Shown: positions 39,291-48,274 of the stretch, piece after piece
Layout: every line of letters begins with the position of its first letter
How positions within the stretch are numbered: the first letter of the stretch is position 1
NCBI GenBank assembly: GCA_036677065.1
Contig: JAKFBS010000003.1
Coordinates: 1-64,000 of the forward strand
Origin: Bdellovibrio sp.
Lineage (GTDB): Bacteria > Bdellovibrionota > Bdellovibrionia > Bdellovibrionales > Bdellovibrionaceae
DNA: 64,000 nt
Direction: 5' to 3'
Position numbers and translations under genes: made by a program
Notes under the pieces: model-generated
What the model was told of the DNA's origin: nothing
Databases searched by the model: none
The model's input: only the letters and a program-made list of their open reading frames with translations

Positions 39291-39899
39291 ATGCAATTAG
39301 GTTGGATTGAAGTTATCGCGGGTTCTATGTACAGCGGAAAAACAGAAGAATTAATTAAACGTGTTCGTCGCGCGCAATTCGCCAAACAAAAAACGCAAGT
39401 TTTCAAACCCGCTTTAGATAACCGTTATCATGAAACCAATGTTTCTTCGCATGATCAAAATCAAATGAATGCGATTCCGTTAAAATCGATTCACGATGTG
39501 TGGGATCACCTGCATGCAGATACGCAAGTTGTAGGTTTTGACGAGGGCCAATTTTTATCTCAGGATTTCATCATTATCGCTAAAGACCTTGCGGCGCGCG
39601 GCTTGCGCGTGATTATTGCAGGCCTTGATATGGATTGGAAGGGTCAGCCCTTTGAACCAATTCCAACCCTTATGGCCATTGCTGAAGATGTCTCTAAGCC
39701 AAGAGCAATTTGTACAGTTTGTGGCAACCTTGCTTCATACACACAAAAACTTCGCGGCAGCTCTTCGCAAATTGAAATCGGTTCGCAAGATAACTACGAG
39801 GCGCGTTGTCGCCAACACTTTAGTCCAGTGTTAATCTGTGCTGACACAACTGTAGTCATACCAAAGTCTAGCTTTGGAACAGACATTGGGCTTGGTTAA
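39291..39899 (+). CDS. tdk: thymidine kinase
   Basis: GSMYSGKTEEL, FKP..DNRY, DEGQF, AGLDMD, CTVC..YEARCR. SD GAGGGG. Confidence 0.95.
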   Translation: MQLGWIEVIAGSMYSGKTEELIKRVRRAQFAKQKTQVFKPALDNRYHETNVSSHDQNQMNAIPLKSIHDVWDHLHADTQVVGFDEGQFLSQDFIIIAKDLAARGLRVIIAGLDMDWKGQPFEPIPTLMAIAEDVSKPRAICTVCGNLASYTQKLRGSSSQIEIGSQDNYEARCRQHFSPVLICADTTVVIPKSSFGTDIGLG

Positions 39900-39982
39900 A
39901 AGAAATTGTCTTTAAACATTCAAACGTTGTTCTAGAATAAAAAAGTCTGCTTATTATTTTATAAGACAAGGGGATTTTTATT

Positions 39983-42577
39983 ATGAACAAGAAGTTTGTA
40001 GTGCTAGCCAGTTTATCGCTAGCTCTTTCGTTGGGTGTTGTATCTTGTATATCAGCACAAAAAGGACCTGATCGCGAAGTTGCCAGTGATTTCTGGAGTG
40101 ATATCGCAGATCTATTCAGAACTAAAACTGAAGATTTCAGCGGCAACACACGCGCCCGTGAGCTTGATTCTGAGACTGTGGCAAAACGTGCTACCTCAGG
40201 AAAATTAGCTTTAACTGAAGGCGAAATTTTAATCGATAACGATGCTTCATTTGATTCTAAAGTAAACATGATCAGATCAGCGACTCGTTCAATCCGCATG
40301 TCTTACTTTATTTATGCTGATGATGATTCATCTTCGATCATCACTTCTGAGTTAATTAAAAAAGCTCAAGCTGGTGTTAAAGTTAGTCTATTAGTAGACT
40401 TTATCACGGGCTACGGAAGAGTAGACTTCTTCCAAATGATGGCGCAAGAAGGCCGTGGAAACATCGATATCCGTTTCTACAACTTTCCATCGATCCGCAT
40501 CCAGCAAGATGCAGTCTATATGACTTTACCGTGCCCTGAAGTTGCAAAACCTGACTCAGACACTTGTAAACGTTCTAAAGAAGCGACGATGAAAACTTTG
40601 AATCCGAATAATCCAACGTTCTTTTCTAGTTTATTCTTAGCAGGTCTTTACAGTAAAAACGCAACAGCGATGAAAATTGCTTTAGGCCTTGGTGGTCAAA
40701 TTGATCCAGCTAAATTAAAAGCCAGCGGTTCAGAGACTTCTGAAGAAGACATGGCCCGTATGATGGAATTCTTAAAACTTTACTACGAAGCTAAAGTTAA
40801 AGGTAACATCGGCGCGATGATCAAATTAACAATCGCGATGTTCATGTACGGTGAAGAATTAAATCCAATCGTAAATGAATTATCTGGTCGTATTCCGTTA
40901 GCTTCTGAGCGCGAAACATTACCTGGTAAAAAAACAACTCACGCCCAAGAGTGGGATCATTTAACAGATTACACACATCATAAGTTAATCGCTGTTGATG
41001 GCCGTGAATTTCAATTAGGTGGCCGTAACGTTGAAGATTCATACCATATGAAATCTCGCATTCCAGTTGCTGCCGGTGAAAAAGCAAAAGGCAAATACAT
41101 TTTCATGGATACTGACTTCCGCGGGCAAACTGCACCGGGTGGTATCGCAGCGATTGAAAAATCTTACGATAGAACTTTTAATTTCCGTGAAATGGTTGCT
41201 CCATTATCTGAAGTTCAACGTGTAATCCCTGCTGATCTAATTATGAATAATGAAGCCTTGGGCGAAGCAGCTATGGGTTGTATGGCTCAGGCACAAGCTG
41301 GCAAATTAACTATGAGCGTAGAAAACTGTGTTAAATCAGCAATGCGTTCTTCTGCTAGATTTGTTTCTTCAGCGACTCGCATAGCTGCAGCGAAACAAGC
41401 TTTGGCAGAATCAGTAACTAACTACACTAATAATTACGCTCGTAACGGTAAAAAAGTTATGCGTGATAACGTTAAAGGTGCGGCTTGGTCTGCAAACGTA
41501 GGTAACTTATCTGCAAATGATTTACGTTCTTCAGAAGTATATTACGTAGAGAACACTTCATTTAATGTAAAAGCTAAAAAAGATGAAGACATCGTTCGCC
41601 GTGCTGGTTCAAGAATCGGTGGCGAAAAATTCTATAATAAAAACATCCATGCTTTATGGTACCGTGGTTTAGAAAACGCATGTTACACAAGCAAAAAACA
41701 AAATAAAGATGTACGCGTTGTATTACACTCTGCTTACTTATTTATGCCATCAGGTTTAATCCACAAGATTGCCAAGATGCTTAACGGTGACTACGGTGAT
41801 TGTTCGCGCGTACGTGTAACTTTATTAACAAATTCTTTTGCGACAACAGATCTAAATGTGATCAACATTTTCTCTCGTTACCAAATGAACCAATTATTTA
41901 GCCGTTATGCAGGTCTTCAAGAGTACGTTAAGAAAAACAAAGAACGTCGTTTCTTTCCTACTTTAGATTACTTTGAATACAATGCTGAAGGCGCTGGTTT
42001 AGGTGTTTCTTTACATACGAAATTATCATTACTTGGTGATGATATGATTATCGGTTCTGCCAATGCAGATACTCGCTCTTACGCAATGGATACAAACAAT
42101 GCGGTTTTCATCAGAAACGCGCATGATCTTAATCGTGACTATGTTCAGTTTATCGATCGTTTAATCGGCGATTCAAAAAGAACTAAAAACATGACACGTG
42201 AATATGCGTTCATGCAAAACGCTCAGTTAAAAGCTGAGAACAACATGATCTTAGGTGCTATGATCTGCCGTTGGGATAAAAAATCTAGCTGTCATAATGC
42301 AGCTGACCCTAATAAATCTGGTGTGATGAATGCGACTGAAATCCGTCAGTCTCGTTTTACTCCAGAGCGTATCGCTGAGATGTTAAAAACTATCGACGAT
42401 ATCGGCCAACGCGTTTCTGTTGATACATACCGCATCGTAAACTTCCGCAGTGAGTTCGACCAAGTTGAACAAGTTGGTGGTGGTAAAGGTGCGCAAAGTA
42501 ATCCAGAAGAGCAATGGTTAGAAAACGAAATGAATGGTTTATCGAATTCGTTCGATGATTTGTTTAAAGTATTATAA
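39983..42577 (+). CDS. phospholipase D superfamily lipoprotein (two HKD-type motifs)
   Basis: Lipobox VVSC; HHKLIAVD..GGRN; HTKLSLLGDD..IGSANADTRS. Confidence 0.82.
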   Translation: MNKKFVVLASLSLALSLGVVSCISAQKGPDREVASDFWSDIADLFRTKTEDFSGNTRARELDSETVAKRATSGKLALTEGEILIDNDASFDSKVNMIRSATRSIRMSYFIYADDDSSSIITSELIKKAQAGVKVSLLVDFITGYGRVDFFQMMAQEGRGNIDIRFYNFPSIRIQQDAVYMTLPCPEVAKPDSDTCKRSKEATMKTLNPNNPTFFSSLFLAGLYSKNATAMKIALGLGGQIDPAKLKASGSETSEEDMARMMEFLKLYYEAKVKGNIGAMIKLTIAMFMYGEELNPIVNELSGRIPLASERETLPGKKTTHAQEWDHLTDYTHHKLIAVDGREFQLGGRNVEDSYHMKSRIPVAAGEKAKGKYIFMDTDFRGQTAPGGIAAIEKSYDRTFNFREMVAPLSEVQRVIPADLIMNNEALGEAAMGCMAQAQAGKLTMSVENCVKSAMRSSARFVSSATRIAAAKQALAESVTNYTNNYARNGKKVMRDNVKGAAWSANVGNLSANDLRSSEVYYVENTSFNVKAKKDEDIVRRAGSRIGGEKFYNKNIHALWYRGLENACYTSKKQNKDVRVVLHSAYLFMPSGLIHKIAKMLNGDYGDCSRVRVTLLTNSFATTDLNVINIFSRYQMNQLFSRYAGLQEYVKKNKERRFFPTLDYFEYNAEGAGLGVSLHTKLSLLGDDMIIGSANADTRSYAMDTNNAVFIRNAHDLNRDYVQFIDRLIGDSKRTKNMTREYAFMQNAQLKAENNMILGAMICRWDKKSSCHNAADPNKSGVMNATEIRQSRFTPERIAEMLKTIDDIGQRVSVDTYRIVNFRSEFDQVEQVGGGKGAQSNPEEQWLENEMNGLSNSFDDLFKVL

Positions 42578-42590
42578 TCGTAGCTAAATT

Positions 42591-43982
42591 TTAGTTATAT
42601 TCGGCCCAGGTGGTTAACGCTTCCTGGGCTTTTTTTATTTGTAGAGTCTTTTTTAATTTCTTGTCTGTCTTGATGAGTTTACGTGTCTCTTCATCTAAGG
42701 TTGCCGGATCAATCGGCGGCAGTAAGCCAAAATTAATATTCGTCGGTTGAAAGTCAGTAATGCGAAAGCTATCGGTGATCGCTTCCATTAACGAGCCCAG
42801 TGCTGATGCGCGTGGGGGTGGTGAAAATTGTTGATCCATTAATTTTTGATCTAGAAACTTTGCCACTAATAGCCCAATGCATGTCGATTCGAAATAACCT
42901 TCAACGCCGGTGATTTGGCCTGCGAAAAATAAGAATGGATCATTTTTACTTGAAAGATCTTTGTTTAATCTTTTTGGTGAATTGATAAACATGTTTCTAT
43001 GAATGCTTCCCAATTTCAAAAACTCTGCATTTTCTAAACCTGGAATCATTCTGAACACGCGCGTTTGTTCGCCGTAGGCCATGCGCGTTTGAAATCCCAC
43101 GATGTTATAGGCTGTGCCTTCTTTGTTGTCTTGGCGAAGCTGTACAACGGCGTACGGGTACTTTCCTGTTTTTGGATTATCTAAGCCTACGGGTTTCATC
43201 GGGCCGAAACGCGGAGTTTGTGGGCCGCGTTCGACCATAGTTTCAATCGGCATGCAGCCTTCGAAAAAATCTGTAGTTTCAAAATGTTTGGGTTCAATTT
43301 TTTTAGCGTCGGTGATTGCTTGGATAAAGGCGTTGTATTGTTCTTTATCCATCGGGCAATTGTAATAATCACCTTGAGACGCATCGATCGTTTCAGCGAC
43401 TTTATCGTAGCGATTGGCTTTCCAGGCAATGTCTGTATTGATGCTATCAGCATCGATGATCGGCGCGATGGCATCGAAGAAATATAAAAACTCATCGCCG
43501 AAATGTTTTTGTAAACTTTGGGCTAAAGCTTCATCTGTTAGCGGACCTGTGGCAATCACGGCAGGGCGTGGAATTTGATCAAGTGATGTGACAACTTCGC
43601 GTTTAACGGTGATGTTTGGATTTTTAGCGACTTCTTCGGTGATAGCTTGGGCAAAACGTTCGCGGTCAATTCCTAACGCTTGGCCTGCAGGAACAAATGC
43701 GGCTTTGGCGTGTTTTAAAATATATGAATTTAATTTTTCGGCTTCCCATTTTAATTGGCCCGGGGCAGAGATTTCTCCCATGCTGCCAAAAGAATTTGAG
43801 CAAACAAGTTCTGCAAAATGGTCAGTTTTATGAGCGGGAGTTTGTTTAACGCCTCTCATTTCGATTAGATTCACTTTGTATCCAAGATCGGCTAGTTGCA
43901 GAGCACATTCGCTGCCCGCTAAGCCAGCACCGACCACGGTAATTATTTTGCTCAGCTGAAAGCTGACATTTTTATCAGTCAT
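42591..43982 (-). CDS. trmFO: FAD-dependent tRNA m5U54 methyltransferase TrmFO (Gid)
   Basis: VGAGLAGSECA, ELVCSNS, FEGCMPIE, FGPMKPVGL, FAGQITGVEGY. ATG at 43982 preferred. Confidence 0.96.
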   Translation of the reverse strand: MTDKNVSFQLSKIITVVGAGLAGSECALQLADLGYKVNLIEMRGVKQTPAHKTDHFAELVCSNSFGSMGEISAPGQLKWEAEKLNSYILKHAKAAFVPAGQALGIDRERFAQAITEEVAKNPNITVKREVVTSLDQIPRPAVIATGPLTDEALAQSLQKHFGDEFLYFFDAIAPIIDADSINTDIAWKANRYDKVAETIDASQGDYYNCPMDKEQYNAFIQAITDAKKIEPKHFETTDFFEGCMPIETMVERGPQTPRFGPMKPVGLDNPKTGKYPYAVVQLRQDNKEGTAYNIVGFQTRMAYGEQTRVFRMIPGLENAEFLKLGSIHRNMFINSPKRLNKDLSSKNDPFLFFAGQITGVEGYFESTCIGLLVAKFLDQKLMDQQFSPPPRASALGSLMEAITDSFRITDFQPTNINFGLLPPIDPATLDEETRKLIKTDKKLKKTLQIKKAQEALTTWAEYN

Positions 43983-44040
43983 AGGGCGAAAACTAAGCTT
44001 TCCGATCGCAAAAAGCAAGGGGATAGGATACAGTTTTTGT

Positions 44041-44487
44041 GTGAGCGAACGAGACCGTAAACCAAAATTCAAAACCAGCGCAGAAGTGCTTCAGAGCTTG
44101 CTTTCAGGGCAAGGTAAAACTTCATTAGGTTTTAAAAAAGATGCCACGGGTTCGTCATGGAAAAAACAAGATTTTAGCGTTGATCACATGGCCGATCAGT
44201 TTTTACGCTGGAAGCTTTGGATGAACTGGAAAGAAGTTGTCGGTCCAACGACAGCGCAGCACTGCGAACCGGTTTCGTATCACCAAGGTGTTTTAACCTT
44301 GTGGGTAAAAAATGCGACATGGTTAACGCAAATCAATTTTATGTCTGAGGCTATAAAAAATACCGTAAACCAAAAATTTTCAGCCGGCGCGGTAAAAGAA
44401 ATTCGCGTGACCATGGACCGCAAAAACGTTCCTGCCGCCGACAACGAAGAGTTTAAAACCAATCTACAAAAATTTATCAAAAAATAG
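44041..44487 (+). CDS. DUF721 / DciA-like protein
   Basis: LWMNWKEVVG..AQHCEP..GVLTLWV..ATWLTQI..IK..VN..VKEIR. Confidence 0.8.
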   Translation: MSERDRKPKFKTSAEVLQSLLSGQGKTSLGFKKDATGSSWKKQDFSVDHMADQFLRWKLWMNWKEVVGPTTAQHCEPVSYHQGVLTLWVKNATWLTQINFMSEAIKNTVNQKFSAGAVKEIRVTMDRKNVPAADNEEFKTNLQKFIKK

Positions 44488-44534
44488 CCCGTGTCAGCTG
44501 TGTCTATAGCTAGGCTATAGTCGAGTCCTCTTTA

Positions 44535-44549
44535 GGGGGTATCGGTCAC
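44535..44549 (+). repeat. REP-like motif copy GGGGGTATCGGTCAC
   Basis: Exact 15-mer also present at 46733 and, inverted, at 47255 and 47476. Confidence 0.85.
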
Positions 44550-44658
44550 TCCCGTTTCTGGACTTTTTATCCAAACACAAACACATATACTGAATAAGGA
44601 CGCGTGAATTAGTTTTCGCGCAAAAGTTTTTATTAATAAAACACTCTATGGAGAAACT

Positions 44659-46695
44659 ATGAAGTTATTGCTATCGCTAATGCTGGTTGCATTCATCTCG
44701 TCGTGTTCATACTTGGGATTACGTTCACCAAGTTCTACGACTAAAAAACACTACATCATCACAATGCACGGCGTGCGTGGTAATGCAGAATCTTACGGTG
44801 ATTTTCACACATTTGTCGGAAAAACTCTGAAAGAGATTGATCCGGCTTACGAATATGAATTATTCAATTGGACATATCCGGTAGGTGCCGCAGTTAATGA
44901 TGCTAAAACCGGAATTAACTGGGATCCGCATTTAATCGCCGATAAATTCAATAAAGATTTTATTTTAGGTAACGGCAGCGCTAAGCCGCTTATTCCAGAA
45001 CTAGGACCTGAAGATAAAATCTCTATCTTGGCGTACTCTATGGGTGGCCAAATGGTGATGACTTGGTACTACGATTCAATGTTCAACTTTAAATTTCATC
45101 CGTCGATGGCGTACTCTGCTGAAGACGCAGAAAAAGTTCAAAGCTATGTAGCTCGCGTTGAAAACGTAGTCGGTCTTGGGCCTGTTTACTGGGGCTCTAT
45201 AGATGCTGAGCTTGGCTGGTCTTTTCTTGAAAAAGGTAACTTAGCTGAAATTCATAAGTTATTACCTAAAGCCAAAGCACTTTGTGATGATCCGTCGATT
45301 GAAAGCATCACCGAAGGAAAAGGTTTTTTATCTAACTTATACAATGGCGCTAAAGAAAAATTATTCGGTGATCCAAATAAAGTTTACACACAACAAGAAA
45401 TCAATGACCGCGCAGTTAAAAATGGTCTAATCGCTTCTTGCGCTTCAGTAAATGCGATCGCAAATAACATCATCGTAAAAAATGTTAACAATGTTCCTGG
45501 TTTGGCGATGACAGGTTTAACTAAAGTGATGAAATCAGTGGGTAACATTAACCCTAGCGAAATGAATCACATGCGTTTAACTTCAGATGTGATTAATGAA
45601 ATGCGCGTAAACCGTATTTCTCATTTGATGTTAGATCAATACCGCACAAAATACCGCACACGTTGGACAAGCATCGTAGGTGTTTTTCCGTGCTTAGGTA
45701 AAACTGATGCAGGTCTTACTTGCACAGGTTTTCAATCTGAAAACTTAAGAAAAATTAATGAACAATTCGTAACTATTTTTTCTGGCCATAAACGCCGTGA
45801 AACAGATGGTCCGGTATTCAGCCCGGGTGCTACAGCAGATTTCTTATACTATGTAGAAAATCCAGGTAGTGAATCTAAACCAGTTGCAGAAACTAGCTAT
45901 GTAAACACAGCTGATTTACAACGTACTTTAAACATTCCTTCGCGTGAAATCTTTGTTGAAAACATGCATGCGACAGTGTTGCCTGCAATCGATGGTTTAT
46001 CAGGAATTTTAGCTCCGGTGGGTGATGCTTTAACTAAAGGGATCAACAGCTTCGATAAATCAATTGGCGTAGATGTTGTGATCATGAATAAAGAGTGTGC
46101 TTCTCCTGAAACATGTAAACATCCAAACTTCAAACACGTGATCGAAACGTTAACAAACTGTGAAGCAGGCCGCATCGCTTGTAATCAACGTTTAGTGAAT
46201 AAGTATTTTAACGTAGAATTAGATTCTGATCGTTATAACGAAAACGAAAAACTTCGTTATGAATTAGGTTCTTATGCATTAGTGATGAACATCAGATTAC
46301 CTAAATCGTACACGGGTGATTTGTCATCTCCTGAAAAAATCCTAAAAAATATTACTTTTGGATATAACACAGGTAAGCACGCTGGAAACGACAAGGCGCG
46401 CTTAGAAAATCGCTTAGATAATCCGGGTGATCTTTATGCGAACCAAATTAACCGTTCAAGAGAAGTTTTAAACTCATACGCGATTGTTAAAGAATACGCG
46501 GATTCGCGTGTGATTAGATTGTTTTACTTAGGCCGTGCATGGGCAAAAGATTCGAATAACCCACAAGCTCGCGCGCAGTTAAACGATGGTATTCCGGTTA
46601 GAATGGCATTGAAGTTTCCAGGTTTAACACCAAGAAACATTTCTGCCAAGGTACGTCCGACCTACACGACGTACACAGATATTTACTTAAAATAG
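44659..46695 (+). CDS. alpha/beta-hydrolase (lipase-like) lipoprotein
   Basis: Lipobox ISSC; MHGVRG (oxyanion region), AYSMGG (nucleophile elbow), TDGPV, MHAT. Confidence 0.7.
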   Translation: MKLLLSLMLVAFISSCSYLGLRSPSSTTKKHYIITMHGVRGNAESYGDFHTFVGKTLKEIDPAYEYELFNWTYPVGAAVNDAKTGINWDPHLIADKFNKDFILGNGSAKPLIPELGPEDKISILAYSMGGQMVMTWYYDSMFNFKFHPSMAYSAEDAEKVQSYVARVENVVGLGPVYWGSIDAELGWSFLEKGNLAEIHKLLPKAKALCDDPSIESITEGKGFLSNLYNGAKEKLFGDPNKVYTQQEINDRAVKNGLIASCASVNAIANNIIVKNVNNVPGLAMTGLTKVMKSVGNINPSEMNHMRLTSDVINEMRVNRISHLMLDQYRTKYRTRWTSIVGVFPCLGKTDAGLTCTGFQSENLRKINEQFVTIFSGHKRRETDGPVFSPGATADFLYYVENPGSESKPVAETSYVNTADLQRTLNIPSREIFVENMHATVLPAIDGLSGILAPVGDALTKGINSFDKSIGVDVVIMNKECASPETCKHPNFKHVIETLTNCEAGRIACNQRLVNKYFNVELDSDRYNENEKLRYELGSYALVMNIRLPKSYTGDLSSPEKILKNITFGYNTGKHAGNDKARLENRLDNPGDLYANQINRSREVLNSYAIVKEYADSRVIRLFYLGRAWAKDSNNPQARAQLNDGIPVRMALKFPGLTPRNISAKVRPTYTTYTDIYLK

Positions 46696-46712
46696 TTTTA
46701 AGGAACTCATAG

Positions 46713-46747
46713 CCCCACGTCGTTGTTGTGTTGGGGGTATCGGTCAC
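46713..46747 (+). repeat. REP-like hairpin + motif copy
   Basis: CCCCACG..TGTTGGGGGTATCGGTCAC; 15-mer at 46733-46747. Confidence 0.85.
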
Positions 46748-46748
46748 C

Positions 46749-46790
46749 AAAAAAAGCCTACGTTTATGAAACGTAGGCTTTTTATTTTTT
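46749..46790. terminator. bidirectional rho-independent terminator
   Basis: A7-GCCTACGTTT-ATG-AAACGTAGGC-T5. Confidence 0.85.
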
Positions 46791-46880
46791 CGGACCAGCA
46801 CATTCGATACCCGTATCTTCGATCGCTCTACCTGCCATAGAATCAGGTTTCATCCAGCGCCACTTCTTGAACACTGCTCT

Positions 46881-46894
46881 GGGGTATGGGTCAC
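46881..46894 (+). repeat. REP-like motif copy (1 mismatch) containing the transposase start codon
   Basis: GGGGTATGGGTCAC versus GGGGTATCGGTCAC; ATG at 46886-46888. Confidence 0.7.
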
Positions 46895-47479
46895 ATCAAT
46901 CACACACTTAAGAAATATAACTTAAAACACAGTCACGGTGGCAGCCTTCGCCAGCTACGTAAAGGAAGGAAGTTTCGTCCGCTTTCTTCTCGAAAACCTC
47001 ATCACGTCGTCTTTAAGGCCGATAAAAAAGCACTGAAGTTGAATTTTCGCTCTCCGCGAACTTATAAAATAGTTCGGCGTATTATTGATCGTTATGCAAA
47101 GAGGTTTTTTATCAAAATTGATCAGTGTTCGATAAATTTCGATCATATTCATCTCAACATTCGAGTTCCACGAAGGGCGATGTCACATTACTTTATGCGA
47201 GTAGTGGCAGGGCAAATTGCGCAAGAACTGCAAAAAGAGAATTTACTGCGCGAGGTGACCGATACCCCCAGCATAGAGCGTGGGGTGATGGCGAAACGGG
47301 TGATGAAACTGTGGTTGTTTCGGCCGTTTACGCGGGTTGTGCATGGGTGGCGTGGCTATGTGATATTAAGAAATTATATTCAGCTTAATGAAAAAGAAGC
47401 TGCGGGAGTTATTCCTTATCAGAAAAGGCGTCTTCGTGGGCTTTCGGTCGTGCACTGGCAGAAGCTGTGGAGTTCGTGA
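46886..47479 (+). mobile_element. Y1 HUH tyrosine transposase (IS200/RAYT-like)
   Basis: PHHVVFK N-terminal strand, HUH motif DHIHL, LWLFRPFTRVV, catalytic-Tyr helix NYIQLN; very basic; associated repeats. Confidence 0.85.
47255..47286 (-). repeat. REP-like motif + hairpin inside the transposase ORF
   Basis: GTGACCGATACCCCC (47255-47269) followed by AGCATAGAGCGTGGGG; encodes VTDTPSIERG in frame. Confidence 0.85.
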
Positions 47480-47504
47480 CCGATACCCCCTGAGATAGAG
47501 GGAC
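47476..47504 (-). repeat. REP-like motif + hairpin supplying the transposase stop codon
   Basis: GTGACCGATACCCCC (47476-47490) with TGA at 47477-47479, followed by a CCCT-GAGATAG-AGGG hairpin. Confidence 0.85.
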
Positions 47505-47509
47505 AAGCG

Positions 47510-48274
47510 CTATTCGTCGACTGAGGATTTGATGATGGATTTGACGGCTTGTTGTTTTTGGCCGGCGCCAAGGATTGATTTTAGACGATCGTGTAAAGAT
47601 CTGTCATTGATTAGCGCGCCTAGGGTGCCTTGGCCGTTGTCGATCTTTTCTAAGATGTTATCCATTTTAGTCATTGAGTGCTCTAAGCGGTTTCCGGCTA
47701 AGGCTTGTTTGATTTTAACTGATGAGTCGTTTAAGTTTCCTGCGGCTTGATCTAGCTTGTTGATTAAGCTTGGTAATTTATTTTGATCGGCTAGGCCTTT
47801 AACAATCAGGTTTAAGTTGTGAATTGTATCAAATAACTTTTCGCTCTCGTTACCGCGTTTATTTAAGACCGCTAACAGATCATTGCCGTATTCTGATTTT
47901 AGTTCACCGCGGTTTTCTAGCGGAGTCCCTGAAATACCCGGTTTGATGTATAAAAACTTATCGCCTAAAGCACCTTGTGTTCTGATTTCAACGATCGAAT
48001 CTGACTTTGTTTTTTTCGCGTAAGCCGCATCCATCAGAAAAATCACGCGCACTAGATTTTTTTCATCATCGTAATCAATCGATTCAACGTTACCGATTTT
48101 TACACCGGCCAATGAAACGATAGCGCCGTTATTTAATCCCTGAACAGAGTCAAAATACGTACTGATACTGTAAGAGTTTTGAAATACAGATTTATTAGCA
48201 CCCAACATGAATACAGAAATTACTAAAACGATTAGTCCCAACGCTAAAAATAGACCGACTTTAAGTTTTGTCAT
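47510..48274 (-). CDS. mlaD: MlaD/MCE family protein
   Basis: KVGLF, FDSVQGL..GAIVSLAGVKIGNV, TQGALGDKFLYIKPG. Confidence 0.9.
   Translation of the reverse strand: MTKLKVGLFLALGLIVLVISVFMLGANKSVFQNSYSISTYFDSVQGLNNGAIVSLAGVKIGNVESIDYDDEKNLVRVIFLMDAAYAKKTKSDSIVEIRTQGALGDKFLYIKPGISGTPLENRGELKSEYGNDLLAVLNKRGNESEKLFDTIHNLNLIVKGLADQNKLPSLINKLDQAAGNLNDSSVKIKQALAGNRLEHSMTKMDNILEKIDNGQGTLGALINDRSLHDRLKSILGAGQKQQAVKSIIKSSVDE

Noticed and set aside
46805..46817. CGATACCC partial motif and tiny GATAC/GTATC palindrome upstream of the transposase
   Set aside because: Only 8 bp match, too short to count as a copy.
44535..47490. Repeats as a CRISPR array or integron cassette array
   Set aside because: Irregular spacing, mixed orientation, no cas or tyrosine integrase gene, and no attC-type core sites.
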